Source: Tubulanus polymorphus
Lineage: Eukaryota > Animalia > Nemertea
Direction: 5' to 3'
DNA length: 64,000 nucleotides
Assembly (NCBI RefSeq): GCF_964204645.1
Contig: NC_134034.1
Coordinates: 8,010,962-8,074,961 of the forward strand
Shown in pieces: positions 12,579 through 25,780 of the stretch. The notes beneath the pieces are model-generated. The model was not told the DNA's origin, ran no database searches, and was given only the letters and a program-made list of their open reading frames with translations. The first letter of the stretch is position 1; each line of letters opens with the position of its first letter. A program made the position numbers and the translations under genes.

Positions 12579-13043
12579 GGCAGTATGGAACCAATATTGG
12601 CATCCAGCACTCAACGCACTTATGTTACTGAAGTGGCGCCGGCCGTCACAACAGCTCATCCTGCGACTCAACTTATCTCCGCTTCTGCAGCTGCTAGTCA
12701 GTCACAGCATCAACCTGTTCCGTCATCTGCAGATATCATCAGTGCGGCAACAATATCTGCAACGCCACCTATTGTTCCTGCAGCTGTTGCAACATATCTA
12801 CCATATCAGAATCAGCAACACACGAATAAAGCTTACTACAGCAGTAAACTCCATGTATCTCCAAGGAAACCATACAGTACTCCGGTAACTATGCAACGCA
12901 AACCTGTACGCAGTGTTACTAAAATGATCAATGGAACACCAATCAATGTCGTCCAGGAATTGACAGAAATACCCACAGCTGAATATCATGATCATCATCT
13001 CGTACAACAAGGTCCCCTTACTCCACCCCCGACTCCTATGTAA
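12579..13043 (+). CDS. Probable terminal coding exon of an unidentified host gene (A/S/T/P/Q-rich disordered C-terminus ending GPLTPPPTPM)
   Basis: TTTTTCAG acceptor at 12571-12578 in phase 0 with the open frame; coding-like composition; TAA stop followed by a long AT-rich, UTR-like tract. Confidence 0.65.
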   Translation, partial: GSMEPILASSTQRTYVTEVAPAVTTAHPATQLISASAAASQSQHQPVPSSADIISAATISATPPIVPAAVATYLPYQNQQHTNKAYYSSKLHVSPRKPYSTPVTMQRKPVRSVTKMINGTPINVVQELTEIPTAEYHDHHLVQQGPLTPPPTPM

Positions 13044-16000
13044 TGAATTTTTCTATTTTGATGCTTCTTCCACATAACGTTTGCTTGATGGATTGTTGTT
13101 ATTGATTGAATTTATATGAAAAATACTGAAACAGCTTGATAAATATGTATGAACCTTAAGTTTTCATTTCATGCACATCTACCGTTATGTATTTGATATC
13201 TTGATGCTGGTACAACATTCAGAAACTAAAAAGCGACCTGTATTTCTGGCACCAGTTGTACCGTACTATAGACACCTCATCATAGTTTTTGATAAAATAC
13301 TTTAAAGATTAAGCTATCTATTGCACAATTATGGTGTTTTATTCAATGATCATTTGACACTTTTGAAAATGCTGGACTTTCTGTTTGATAACTTTGTTAT
13401 CTGGCTTTTGGTCCCAGTAATTGGCTGTAATTGGTAATTTCATTTAGAAACTTAAGCTGTATCTTGGTTATAATTAATAGTTTCATTTGTTATGTTTTTA
13501 GATTTTCAAGAAACACCATAATTAGTTATTGCGTGTCACCAAGCTCTTTCATCATAGTGAAAATTGTTGATCAAATATTATCGAGATGAAAGTAACCAAT
13601 TGAATTTAAATGTTGTACTTGAGCTGGTTTTGCAGTCCAAACAATATAGTTTTGGGAAGCCTCTTACTGACTATGTAGACGGTATAGTCATATAGTTTTT
13701 CTACTGTGTTTTCTATGTTGATATACAAGTATATGTATATATGTATACGTTATTATTATTATCTACGGCTTAAACATAACAATTTCTTCTAGAAATGTTG
13801 TTTTTTAGAATGTAATGAGTTTATGCAAGGTTTGTTGCTTTACTTTTAAAATATGAGATCAAAGAAAGTCAGACTGAAGTGTTTTTCAACATACATGTAC
13901 GTACGTATTCCGATGAATTACCACAAAATTCTCTTCTTTTTTTTTTTCTTTCATTTCTGATCAAGTTTTTTCTTGTATGTTCATGATATCTTAGGGACAT
14001 TAAATTGTTATGTCAAGCACGCTGATTTGATAAAATGTTGAATTTTCTCCTGTTATTTTCTCCAATTACTATTGGAAAAAATTCATAATTGTCTTTGTTA
14101 CACATAATACATTGAAGTTGCAGTTTACTCATACTATACTCATGAATTGTTATGGGAAATCATGTGTCACCTTTTAAGCATTGCATTCAAACTATTCTAA
14201 ACGAATCCCAGAATAATTGATATTTGTTTTAGGCATTGTACTACCATTGATAAAACGTTCAGATAAAAAGTGAATTTTGAGAAAGTTATTTTATTTCTCA
14301 AGAATGAGGTTATTTTTTTGGTATTTGGATGTATAGTAATGTGTTATTCTCTGTGCTCTGTATTGAAAGGTATGTGGGTTTGTAATATACATTATGTAGT
14401 TTTTAGCTGCAACCTTGTCTATGTAAATACGTTAGTTAATATTTTTTCTGATTTAAATTTTCATAATTACTGTACTAACAAAAATGACCGCCATATAATT
14501 GGTTCTTGGGCACTATCGGGGTCTAAGGCGGCTAATGGAACTGAAGCAAAGATTGAATGGAAACAGAGATTCAAATTTTGAAAATTGAGTATGTATGCTG
14601 ATACATTACACAGTGTTAGATATTTCAGATAGCTCTGCTAGATATGCTCATATATAAGCCACATAACCAATTGCTTTAATTACCGAAATAGTTCATAATC
14701 ATCTTTGATTTGAATGCGTCTGAAAATATCTAGATATGTCATAATTTTCATAGATCAGTTTTCCAATATTATCTCCACCCAACGACTTAAAAAGATTATT
14801 TTGACCAAACACAGAATCTGATTCTACTCTATCTGTTTCTTGTATTATATTGTTGTTTTACTAACAGTATTTTGTCGTATTAGTTTTTTGATTTTTTTTA
14901 TGCGTGTGTGCCTGCGCTAGCTACTTTGCCACAGCATATTCTCCTCAAGTTAGATCTTTTTGGAATAGGTTTTTGTCCATTGAAATGGTTATCTAAATTG
15001 ACCACAATTATGGTTAAAATCCAGACATTCTTCTTGAGCTGAGTCTACCGTGGATGGGTCTCACAGAAATGTATCTAATCAGTCCCTCTTTATTTTTGCA
15101 GTATTATTTTGATTATGTTTTTCTTTTTTTGTTATGTTTTTTTAAATATTTATAGTGAAAGAGCGTCCACATAGAAATTCAAGCACAGTATGTGCATAGT
15201 AAGAATTTGCATTTTTGTCTAGTCCTTTTAAAAGCTAATCATTAGCATTACTTGTCTCATCAGTAGAATAGCATAATATTAATGGAACTTATATGTCATT
15301 ATATTGTTTGATATTTGTCCAAAAACAAAAATTTTCGAGCATGTACCATATTTTTACATGGCCTTAAGTTGTTGGGGCCGTTTTTACAAGGAAAAATTGG
15401 GTTTGTAAATCGCCAAAATACTTCGGTAAAGGTCTCTTTGGTGAACAAAGTACCAGGTACCAATATGGCGTATTAGTAATGAAGTGATGTATGATTGAAA
15501 AATTCAGATTTAATGCACCAAAAAATCCCTGCCTTCTATGCAATGGCACTTTTATGAAATCCTTCCCTTGCTGTACATCTGCATTCCTATTTCTACACCA
15601 TAAGGGGAATTTTATATTCATTGGGCAAAAACTGAATATATGTTCATTTCGGGTGATTTATTCAAGATTTGCCAGTGAATTTGCGTAGTAAGTGAAACAA
15701 ATTTTATCCTGGGGGAAAATTTTACGCTTCCAAATTTTTTTCCAAAAAGGTGCACCACTATTTGAAAAAGAATAAACGGCAGAGGTATTTACTGCTGGTT
15801 ACCAGTGTTTATAATCAATATGGCAGTGAATGCTGTTAGTCTAGTAGCACACAATACAAATGTACTATGCTGCATCCAAGTAAAGACATTACACAATTTT
15901 TAAAAGCATCGATTCAAATGGGAAGTAAAGAAAATTTCCCCAGATTTTCAAGAAACATTCGTACTTAGTTTGTGTCTGAAAAGAAGTGGTTACAGCACTT

Positions 16001-16233
16001 AACAGCGGGATCGGTCGGAAACAAAAGTACATTTTCTTTTTACCTTACTACGTATAATGAAGTAAAATGGAATTATTTTTTGGAAGGAAAATCATTATTA
16101 CCCGTATGATTATTGTTTGTACTGAAAAGATTGTCTACTCGATGTACTGTCAAAACTATGGCACCAATTTAGGCCAAAATTGGTCATGATCTCGACTTGT
16201 AAGCTTTATCTTATTGATTCGGGTTGTACAGAT

Positions 16234-16387
16234 GGGGATCATTCATTTATTACGTACGCATGGAATTTGACTTTTTCAACTCCCTCCCCTGTACGCAAAA
16301 TCGGCCATTTTTTCATATACAACAAGCATTACAGTACGCAATTGCACTTACCCCTCCCCTAACGCGTACGTAATAACTAAATGATCC
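16234..16387. mobile_element. Short MITE
   Basis: Imperfect TIRs GGATCATTCATTTATTACGTACGC / GCGTACGTAATAACTAAATGATCC. Confidence 0.55.
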
Positions 16388-18706
16388 AATACCAATTTGA
16401 TCTTACATTGTATTGCTTCAGCTCAGGTAATCTATTTCTCTATTCATTATTAGAAATGAAAATTTTGTGAATCTCATCATTACGTCTGCTTGAAAATTAT
16501 TTTTATTTCAAATGAATTCTGTGTTTATTGCAAGGCAGAAATTGAAGTGCTATACCAGATCAATATTTGCCTTTCATGTCCAGCCATAAGTCAAAATAAT
16601 CGATGAAACATAATTTTGAGTTAATGCTGGAAAGCCTTTGTTTGTGTGTGTTTTTACCTCTTGCACTTAACTTTGGTGTACAGATCTCAATTTCATATCA
16701 AAAATCAATATTTGAATTATTATGTTTATGTAAAAATGATTAATGTATAATTAGCGAATAATAATCGTTATCGTTTTGTTAGGATAAATCAAGTATGTAT
16801 ATATATACACAATGTAATTCTCTTCGATATAGCAAATCGGCTGTCTCATGAGTATTTTCAGTTTATGATCGTAATTTTTATCCCATTTTGTACGGTGCAT
16901 TGAAATCAATGCATTCTTTGTTTTCCTAGATAATTGTCGTTAATATCGTTTATTTTATAATCTACATGAGAGTATTAGAAAGCTGGCTGGCGTTTAAAAA
17001 GGCAGCTCCAAAATGATTGTGACACTTTGAGGATGTTTCTTGTAGAAATTCAAAAGCTGGGGAGGTTAGTAAAGAAAAAGAACTCAGTTTTAGAACCATG
17101 TATCGTACGCTATCATAAAACTGTGCCATAAAAGTTCGATCAGTGAGAGGTATCTATGATGTCGGGTTAGAGACACACATGTTCACTCTCCTTATGGATA
17201 CTCATAAGGGGTTTTTTGGGTCGAAGAGTCGCAATCCTGTATTGGCACATAGTTTCAGGGGTCATTTTATATGTAGCAACAAAAGCACAGGACGAAAGAA
17301 ATGCCACAATAACGAAGCCAAGATTGAAAAATTCTATATCAGAATGATTATACATGTATTTGAGTAGCGACGTTTCGGCTTACAACTGTTAGCCATCATC
17401 AGTATATTGTATTGGCTCGCGCTATCTATGAAATATCTATAGAAATTTGAATTAAGTTGAACTACTTTGTTGTAATGTTTGATTTATGCGCCCATCTGCT
17501 ATAAGATGTATTTTGTTCGCGCTAGATATTTACACACTTCTGACAGCTAGAATCCTTTGCAAAATGAATTAAAAATCTATTCACGAAATTGAATTATTCA
17601 CCACCATTTTGACTTGACCAAGCTTTGATACGCCATATATTGTGTATGATTTGTAAATGATAGCGTTTTCATATCATTAGCCTCTGCCCCTAGAATCCTT
17701 TCTTCGATCCCAAGGAACCCCAGACCTCTTTTCATCTATTCAGGGAGTGATCAAAAAGTATATCTCAAAATCTCCGATTTTCTGAAAGATAGATCAATAC
17801 ATCTGCATGTACCTGGTTCATTACTTTTTTCTGCCACTTCCTCCTGTGTACCATGTTTGTACCAAAATTCACCTCGGCTCACCTCAACAGAGGTACTTAC
17901 TTTTTGAACGCTCCGTTAAGGTGTATTCAACTTGCAGCTTATTTGGCCAATCGAAAAACTATACCTGCAAGTTTCTAACTTGCAAAAATCTGGCACAATG
18001 ATTTATAATTGGAAGAAAAGAACAGGACCGATCCGACTAACACTGTAGTGTACATGTAATTAAATTTATGTAATTATTTGTCAATCCTAGGAGTTGTCAG
18101 TTGCTCATTAGTTGGTTAAAACATGCACTCAAAAACATAATTGTTCATAAGATTATTTTTTTGTGTTGTTTTTTTTTTAAATGATAAAAATCAATCCATT
18201 CTCAAATGATTCATTCTGGCACTTGGGCACTTAGTATTTAAAATCGTCTCCTTTTCAACAGGAAATGTGGTGAAAATGTGCCCTTTTCGAAGAACTGCCC
18301 CTCGAAAAAGCTCGACACAGGCCTTTTTGTTGATCATCGGATCGATACTGCATGCAGTAGCAATGCAGTTTTGATGTTCACTATCTAGTTATCCGCTGCT
18401 TGTTGATTTAAATCATCTCCTTTGAGCAACTGATCCCTGAAATGTTTACGAAAGTGATACTGTAGAGCCAGTTTATGTAGAAAACCAATCATACGGTACT
18501 CATTGCTCTAAATATAATGTAAAATTGCTTCAATTCATAGAAAAATGAATAAAATAATTTAAATTTTCACAGAATTCTTCAGTCACTTTTTATTTGACCG
18601 GATATGCAAATCTAAGTTTTACTGGATCAAACAATTGACTCTGAAGTTTCGCAGTTTCGTGATATAAGCTGAATACCAGAAATATTGGCATAACGTTGAG
18701 GGGATG

Positions 18707-19463
18707 CACACCTGCCAACCGTTACGTTTTTGCCGTATTCCGTTCCGGTGCTACCCGCGGTAATACGGCGTTACTGGCACAGGCAATGGAATACGCTTTT
18801 TTCCGATGTTACGCGAATGAGCAAATAAATACGGCCTCAATAAAAATCTCCTTATATTATGTCAATAAAGGTAATTTTGCAGTACATAATCGGTATTTTA
18901 ATGGTTTATTAACATTTATTACGGGGAAATTTGGTTTTTATTTGAGTAATTGTCACGAAGTTTCCATACAGCCGGGAACCAGTCTAGCGAATTTTCGGTT
19001 ACAACGAGTAATACCGGGAACCAGTCTAGCGAATTTTCGGTTACAACGAGTAATTTTCATCGCTCAAATTGTCATGAATGTTGCAAATGGCGGACGAAGT
19101 TCACGACGTTTTGTCAAATCTGGAAAATTCTTTTAATTAATCTTTAATTGATGGTAGATTAAGTTTACCTGTGATAGTGCGAGTAGGTGATGGGGTGTGT
19201 CTGATGTCTCAAAATTGTTTATATTTTATGGAAACTGCAGTTTCAAGTTTAATTTCATAATAAATGCATTTTTTAAAATTAATTTCTTTAGTAGTTTTAA
19301 TATTCTATATTCTGATTTTAATCCGAAAATTCGTTACTGGCCATATTGAAAATGTTACTGGCAAAGGTCACATCAAGTCTAGTGGGTCACTGGCAAAATC
19401 TAAAAAATACTGGCAAATTTGAAAAATGTTACTATCTTGAAAAATTCAATGTTGGCAGGTCTG
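18707..19463. mobile_element. Non-autonomous TIR DNA transposon
   Basis: TIRs CACACCTGCCAAC / GTTGGCAGGTCTG; GGGATG duplicated at 18701-18706 and 19464-19469; internal 42-bp tandem duplication at about 18972-19054. Confidence 0.7.
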
Positions 19464-20799
19464 GGGATGTTGGGCGCAATCCCAGTAAGACCAAGTCTGA
19501 CAAGTAAAATTATACGCATACCAAGAGAAGCTTATGGCGCCGAGTGTTTCAGGCCGAAAAAATGAGATAAAAGCGTATGGAGCCGAGTGTTTAAGGCCGA
19601 AAAAATGGCATAAATCTGATACGCTAAACCCCGATAAATACATAACGTATATGTCGGTGATGGTAGTGATTTACTGTATTTCAACGCATAGTTTTTTATA
19701 GAGGCAAAAGCTCGATACTTTTAACAACGAATATGTTTATTCATTCTCATTTTCTAGCTATTTAAAGTTGAATCAAACAGCTGCCTCTTGCTTGAATTAT
19801 ATTGATATCGATTTATATGTGATACTACTCGATAAACCTTTTTGTTATACACCATTCCGTGCCCTTTGGTTTTCTTTTTTTTAAAATTCAATGTCCTTTT
19901 TTCTTGCATACAGTCAACCCCCACCGCTTACAAATACATATTAAGTCACCCGATATACCCGATGCCCTCCCATATTCCGTCACCCCGGCCATCTACGGCC
20001 AGGTATTCTCAATGTACATCTCTATACAAATACATATTAAAACACTCCCGACATACCGCCAAATTCTCTATACCGCTAAACTCGTTCTGCACCGATGTGG
20101 GCGATCGGGGATTGACTGTACGTATTTCAGTTTTATCACAGGCGCGAACGCGTTCAATAAGGGCTAGTGATGGTGGAGATGAGTTGAGAGTAAAGGCGCA
20201 GGAATGGCAATGGAGGTGATTTGAAGTGCGAAGGAGGGAATGGGTAAAGCTTTGAGTGGATGTGGTGGAACGGGAAGTGAGAAAAGAAGGGAGGTGATTG
20301 CTACGATGGGATAACTCACTCTGTTGTTTAGGTGTCCATTAGTGTCTCTGACCTACACCCTATGACAAGGAATGATATGTCCGGCACTTGGACACAGGAT
20401 GGGGAAGATGGGAGGAGCGAAGAGCGAAGAGGATGGAAGAAGTGCATAATCAAATGCTTTTTAGTCCACTTGGGACTTTCCATGTGGGCTATCGCATTCA
20501 CTTCTCGCCTGTCGTCTGTTCGTTCATCCTGTTCGTCTGTGGACGGAATCTAGTCAATTTAGGAAGTTTTGTAGACGATGGGTCTTGATGTTCAGCTTGA
20601 TAAAGTTCCCAGCTTGGAAACCAGCTGGAGTCTTTCATTTACTGAATCGGTTATTTTGTCGAAACGCAGGATTGAAGCTATAAGTCTGTTGAGAAGAAGT
20701 GCGAAGCAGTTTCAAATGCTGGACAGCTGTACAGAAAATGGGAAACTGTTTCTGGGTCTCCACAAGATTCACACAGAGGAGACGTAGCCTGCCCTAGTT

Positions 20800-21925
20800 T
20801 GAACTTATAGGCCCTTAGGTTGCAGTACCATGTACGTAGCTGGGTTACGACTCAATAGGACTTTCTAGCGGGTGTGTCAATCAAACAACTCAGCGATACA
20901 TCAGGTTTAAATTGGTAGAAGCTTCTACCATGGTCTGAATAGTCCCAGCATAACTGCCATTTCTTGTCAAGAAGCTTTTTGGACGCGATATTTACATCTG
21001 ACTGAGTGATAATGGCACTTGCAACAGGGACGTTCAAAGCTTCAACTGCTGCTTCTTTAGCTAGGTCAGCAATCTCGTTTCCTTCGATGTCGGCATGGCC
21101 TGGGGTACAGAGGATTTCTGTATGGACCCCTAACAGTCCAAGGTGGTCCAGGCACGCTTTGACTTCACCAAAAGTATTAGAGTAACGGTGGTCGTTCTAG
21201 TTGAGGGTGAGGATTCCCACAGCAGACTGACTATTGCAGAAGTTTGTTAGGCTGTGAGCTGAGGACTCTCTTACCAGGTCTACCATACAGTTGACCACAA
21301 GCAGAATAGCAGAATGGAACCTCTAGCGGCTACTGACTTTTTAAGCTCAATTTTTTCCAATCAGTATAGATGATTGCTCCAGCCCCGCAAGGGCCGGGAT
21401 TTGGTAGACAGGAGCCATCTGTGAACGCCAGAGCCGTGTCCGTTCTGTTGACCTCAGTAGTTGGCGTATATAGCCTAGCGCACGTCGACACTGCGATTGG
21501 AGACAACTAGTTGCTACCGAACGATTACCCCGCGAACATCGAAATCTAGTTACAACCGGTCAGTTGCAGCAACTTCATGGCGCGTGTCGATCGTCGAGAT
21601 TCAGAGCGCGCACATCGACGGATATGACTGCGATTGAGTACAACCAGTTGCTCAAAAGTAGAACATGGGCAACTGGCTGGAACTGGAGATAGATCGACGC
21701 TTACCAATCGTAAGCTCGCTCACATCGACACATTCAAGCAACTGATCGTATCCAGCCAGTTCCTCTCATGCACCGAAAACTGCCTTGCAACTAGTTGTCT
21801 CCAAGCGCAGTGTCGATGTGCGCTTGGCTTAATAGGCCTATCTCTAGCCAGCGCTACCTGCTTCGAGTCTCTTGACTTGGAGGAGCCGAGAGCCGTCCAA
21901 TAGCTAGGTTTGGGCAGAGTGTGGC
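20800..21925 (-). pseudogene. 3' fragment of an RNase H-containing non-LTR retrotransposon
   Basis: Minus-strand motifs AFTDGSCLPNPGPCGAG and TPGHADIEGNEIADL; disrupted frames; interrupted by a MITE. Confidence 0.75.
21473..21828. mobile_element. MITE inserted in the LINE fragment
   Basis: About 42-bp TIRs GCCTAGCGCACGTCGACACTGCGATTGGAGACAACTAGTTGC / GCAACTAGTTGTCTCCAAGCGCAGTGTCGATGTGCGCTTGGC. Confidence 0.75.
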
Positions 21926-24900
21926 AAATGTTAATTTAGATTTGCCGAGAGATTTTTTGAGACACGATTTGACGACACCGACCAAACGCTCATAAAACCC
22001 TCCAAACCATGGAGCTTTTTTAGGGATAAACCTCCATTCTATACCTTTGGAAGTCATGAAATTTCTCACTTGTGCCGACGCAAACAAATCTCTCAGCATT
22101 TCTGACGCACATACAAAGGTTGCCACATTATCGGAAATAACCACTCGCGGTATAGAGCGTCTAGCAATAAAACGTCTGAAAGCTAGGAGAAAAGTATCAG
22201 TTTTCATATCATTAACGAGTTCTAAATGCACAGCTCTGGTAATCGCACACGTAATTAATAGAATGTAAACTTTCGAGTCACCGCGTCCACTTTTAAGATA
22301 TAAAGCACAGGGATAGTCGATACCACAGGCAGAAAAGGGCGGTGCTTCTTTCACTCTAACCGACTGTAATGGTGCTGAACTCGGTAACTTAAACGGTAAA
22401 CCCGACAGTAATTTACACGTAATACAGGGTCGCAACGCAGACAGAACTCTTTGACATATTGCCGGTATCCAGTATCTCTGCCTGATGTACGTTACAGTAA
22501 CAGTAACTCCCTGATGCATGACTTTGCTACAGTGCACATACAGGATGAAAAGCTTAGTATAACGATGAAACTTCGGCAAAAGGATAGGGAACTTCGCGCT
22601 TTCTGGGATGTCTGCATTATCCAGCCTCCCACGACAGCGTAACATGCCATCCGAACCAACAAATAGACGGAGATGTTGAATTATACTAGGCTCTCGCTTT
22701 TTCAACAACAAAGCACTGAACACATCGCGATAATACTCTTTCTGAATCGAACTTACCCATAGGCGCTCAGCTTCCTCCAGCTCAGATACTGTGATAGAGT
22801 CGTTCACGACGTCACGGCCTTTACACTTGTCAACACATCGCTTAACGAGTGCTGTCACTCTCAGCAACTTTGTAAGAGAACTATAATGATTTACATCAAT
22901 TATGTTATGAACGCCAGGTAAATTACAAGATAACGTATATACAGACGAAGATGAATCACTGCTCATATCAGTACTCTCAGTACTAGCAACAGAAAAATTA
23001 CAAATAGGGGTTTCTGGCCAAGCGGGTGTGGCCAACCACCGTGGGCCATACCACCAAAGTTGAGATAATACCAATTGTCTAGAACTCAAACCACGAGTAA
23101 GTAAGTCAGCCGGATTGTGTTCTGATTTAACATAACGCCACATAGATGCATCAGACAGTTTCAGAATTTCAGAAATGCGATTTCCGACAAAAATCGGAGA
23201 TGATTTAGCTGATTTAATCCAATTCAACACAACCTGGCTGTCTGACCAAAGACAAATTTCAACTAACTCTAGATTGAGAAATTTTTTCACATAAACAGCA
23301 AGTCGTGAGGCCAACAATGCTGCATGTAATTCCATTTCAAGTATAGACCGTTTTTTGATTGGACTCACTCGACTTTTAGCCATTACAAAGGACGTGTTTT
23401 CTCCACAACGGAGATATGCTACAGACCCGTAAGCCTTGTCGCTCGTATTTGCGAACACACAAAGCTGACTAACATTATTAACAATGCAATCGACATCAAA
23501 ATAGTGGCGGTGTAAATAAATCTCATTTACAGATTCTTGTAAATTGGATAAGATTGAAAACCATTCATCTCTCAAATCAGCGGGTAACGGTTCATCTCAA
23601 TCATATTTTCCAATCCAAAGTTTTTGTATGAGTATTTTAGCTTTGATAGACACAGGGGAAATGATACCTAACGGATCAAATACTTTAGCGGTATCCTTCA
23701 CAACTTCACGTTTAGTAATTAAACAGATATCAGAACTACTCACGAAATCCGCTAACTTGAGGGAATCGTCATAACAATTCCATTTCAGACCTAATGCTTT
23801 GACTTCTTGCTTTTCACTGCAAACATTTTCGGTCTTACATTTTCGATTTAATTCTGGCGAATTTGATGACCACTCCCGCAGGTTAAAACCTGCTCTAGAA
23901 AGTAATGATCGGGAGCAAATGTAGTAATTCAGCAAACCATCAATATCATCACACCCACTGAACACATTATCAACGTAAATATTTTCGGATAAATCTTTAG
24001 CGACATTATCCTGAAATTGATTCAAATGAAATTTCAAGGTTGCATTGAGCATGAACGGCGCACTCTTTGCATCGAACAACACCACTCTAAAACGATAGGC
24101 TTCCAACGGACCCTCTGCATCGGAAGGATCTTTGAGCCACAGGAACCTGACTATCTGAAGGAACGCCTTCTCGATGTCTGAAGAAAAGGCATATCGATGC
24201 AACCTGAAACGTAGTAGGATAGCAACCAAATCATTCAAAAGAATAGGACCTTTTAACAAACAATCATTCAAACTTACTTCTCCTGCACTACAATTATATA
24301 CGATCCGTATAGGAGTAGTAGAAGAATCCCTGAATACTGAGTGGTGCGGGATGTAATGACAGTTTCTTGAATCCACATCGATTACCTTTTCTATATAGCC
24401 TTTTTCTAGCTGTGTCTGCATTATGTCACCATAAACTTTAAGCATTTCAGGTGAGAGTCTTCTAAGTGTAGACCTAGTCCTGGCATAACACAATTTAAAG
24501 TTATCAGCCAATGTTTCATGACAAGGTTTCCAAGGCAGTTTAGCAACGTACCTACCATCCTCATATGAGATGGAATTTTTACAATACAAATCGAACATGT
24601 TGTCCTCATCGCATTCCTTAGGGAAAATAGCTATTTTTTCAAGCTTCCAATAGTTTTCAACATCTACATTGGATATACCGGAAGTACTGTCGCCAACCGG
24701 CCCCGATAATAAATATCCAAGTTTCGAACTAACAGCAGTTGGCCCATCGCCTTTGATTACTTGTTCACTAACAAACTTGCAAAAGGAATCTGCTCCAATA
24801 AGCAGAGATACATTAAATGAATCTGAATTAACAGGTGCAGCTAATTTTAGTTTCTTCAAATATGGATATGAAAAAACACTTCGATTGACATTGTTTACCA

Positions 24901-25780
24901 AGGGCGATGCAATTTCAGGGCACACTAAAGATTCTGTAGCGATCTAATCGCCATCTAGCGATTGAACAAATAATTTAACCACTTCCATATTTCTACAGAT
25001 TTTCTTACCTCCAAAACCTGACACTGTCATTTCTTCTGTCCTGACAGACTTCAAATTCAAAGTCGTTACAAGTTCCTCAGTAACAAAAGATTTAGTTGCG
25101 CCCTCGTCAAAAAGTATATTGGCCTCAACCTGTAGAGTACTGTTGGTGGTACTAGAGACTGGAGCTACAGCAGTTTGCAACAGAACATTAGATATAGAAG
25201 ACGAATTACAATGATAATCATGTGCAGAATTTCCAGAAGGTCCGCAGATGTCAGGCTTTGCAGATATAGAAACTGATGGAGTTTGATCATGTTTACCATA
25301 CTCTAAAACTGGCGTTTGGTTGTTGTTAACTAATGAAGAAGTAGGTTTGCATAATTTAGTACCGTCGGCGTAGCTGCCATTAGAATTTGACTTCGAAGTA
25401 TCGGTAAGACATAAACTTGAATGATGTTTTTTCTGACAGTGCTTACAACGAAACTGTGATGTATATTTACTCGAAATATGACGGCCAAAACAATTGAAAC
25501 ACAAACCCTTCTTCTTTATACATTCAAACCTATCATTTTGGTTGACTACAATCGAACAGTTTGACGGCACGTGACTAGTATTTCCACAGAATACACATGA
25601 CCTGTCCTTACGCCTTTTGTTCTGAGCTGAAGCGATGAAAGCCGACGCCGTGGGTACAGATCTGGAACTAATAAGAGAAATATTAACAACACGTTCTGTA
25701 GAATAAAGAATATCAATTTCTGCTTTCAACGATTTACGCAGAGTACTTATAGGTGGTAAAACAACAGTAGCTGTGCGCAA
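21926..25780 (-). mobile_element. BEL/Pao LTR retrotransposon gag-pol remnant (truncated, with stops)
   Basis: Three Cys/His knuckles (CVFC, CFNC, CKHCQKKHHSSLC), protease ILFDEGATKSF, RT SDIEKAFLQI and YVDN, Pao RNase H FANTSDKAYG and WSDSQV, integrase GIDY, SDN and APWFGGFYERLV. Confidence 0.93.

Noticed and set aside
12585-13043. Assigning a gene symbol to the host exon
   Set aside because: Low-complexity sequence with no diagnostic domain
13044-20790. Short ORFs in the AT-rich region, including 18696-19136
   Set aside because: No coding signal; they overlap MITEs or UTR-like DNA
21854-21925. Novel C-terminal extension of the BEL integrase
   Set aside because: Read-through across the junction into the adjacent LINE fragment
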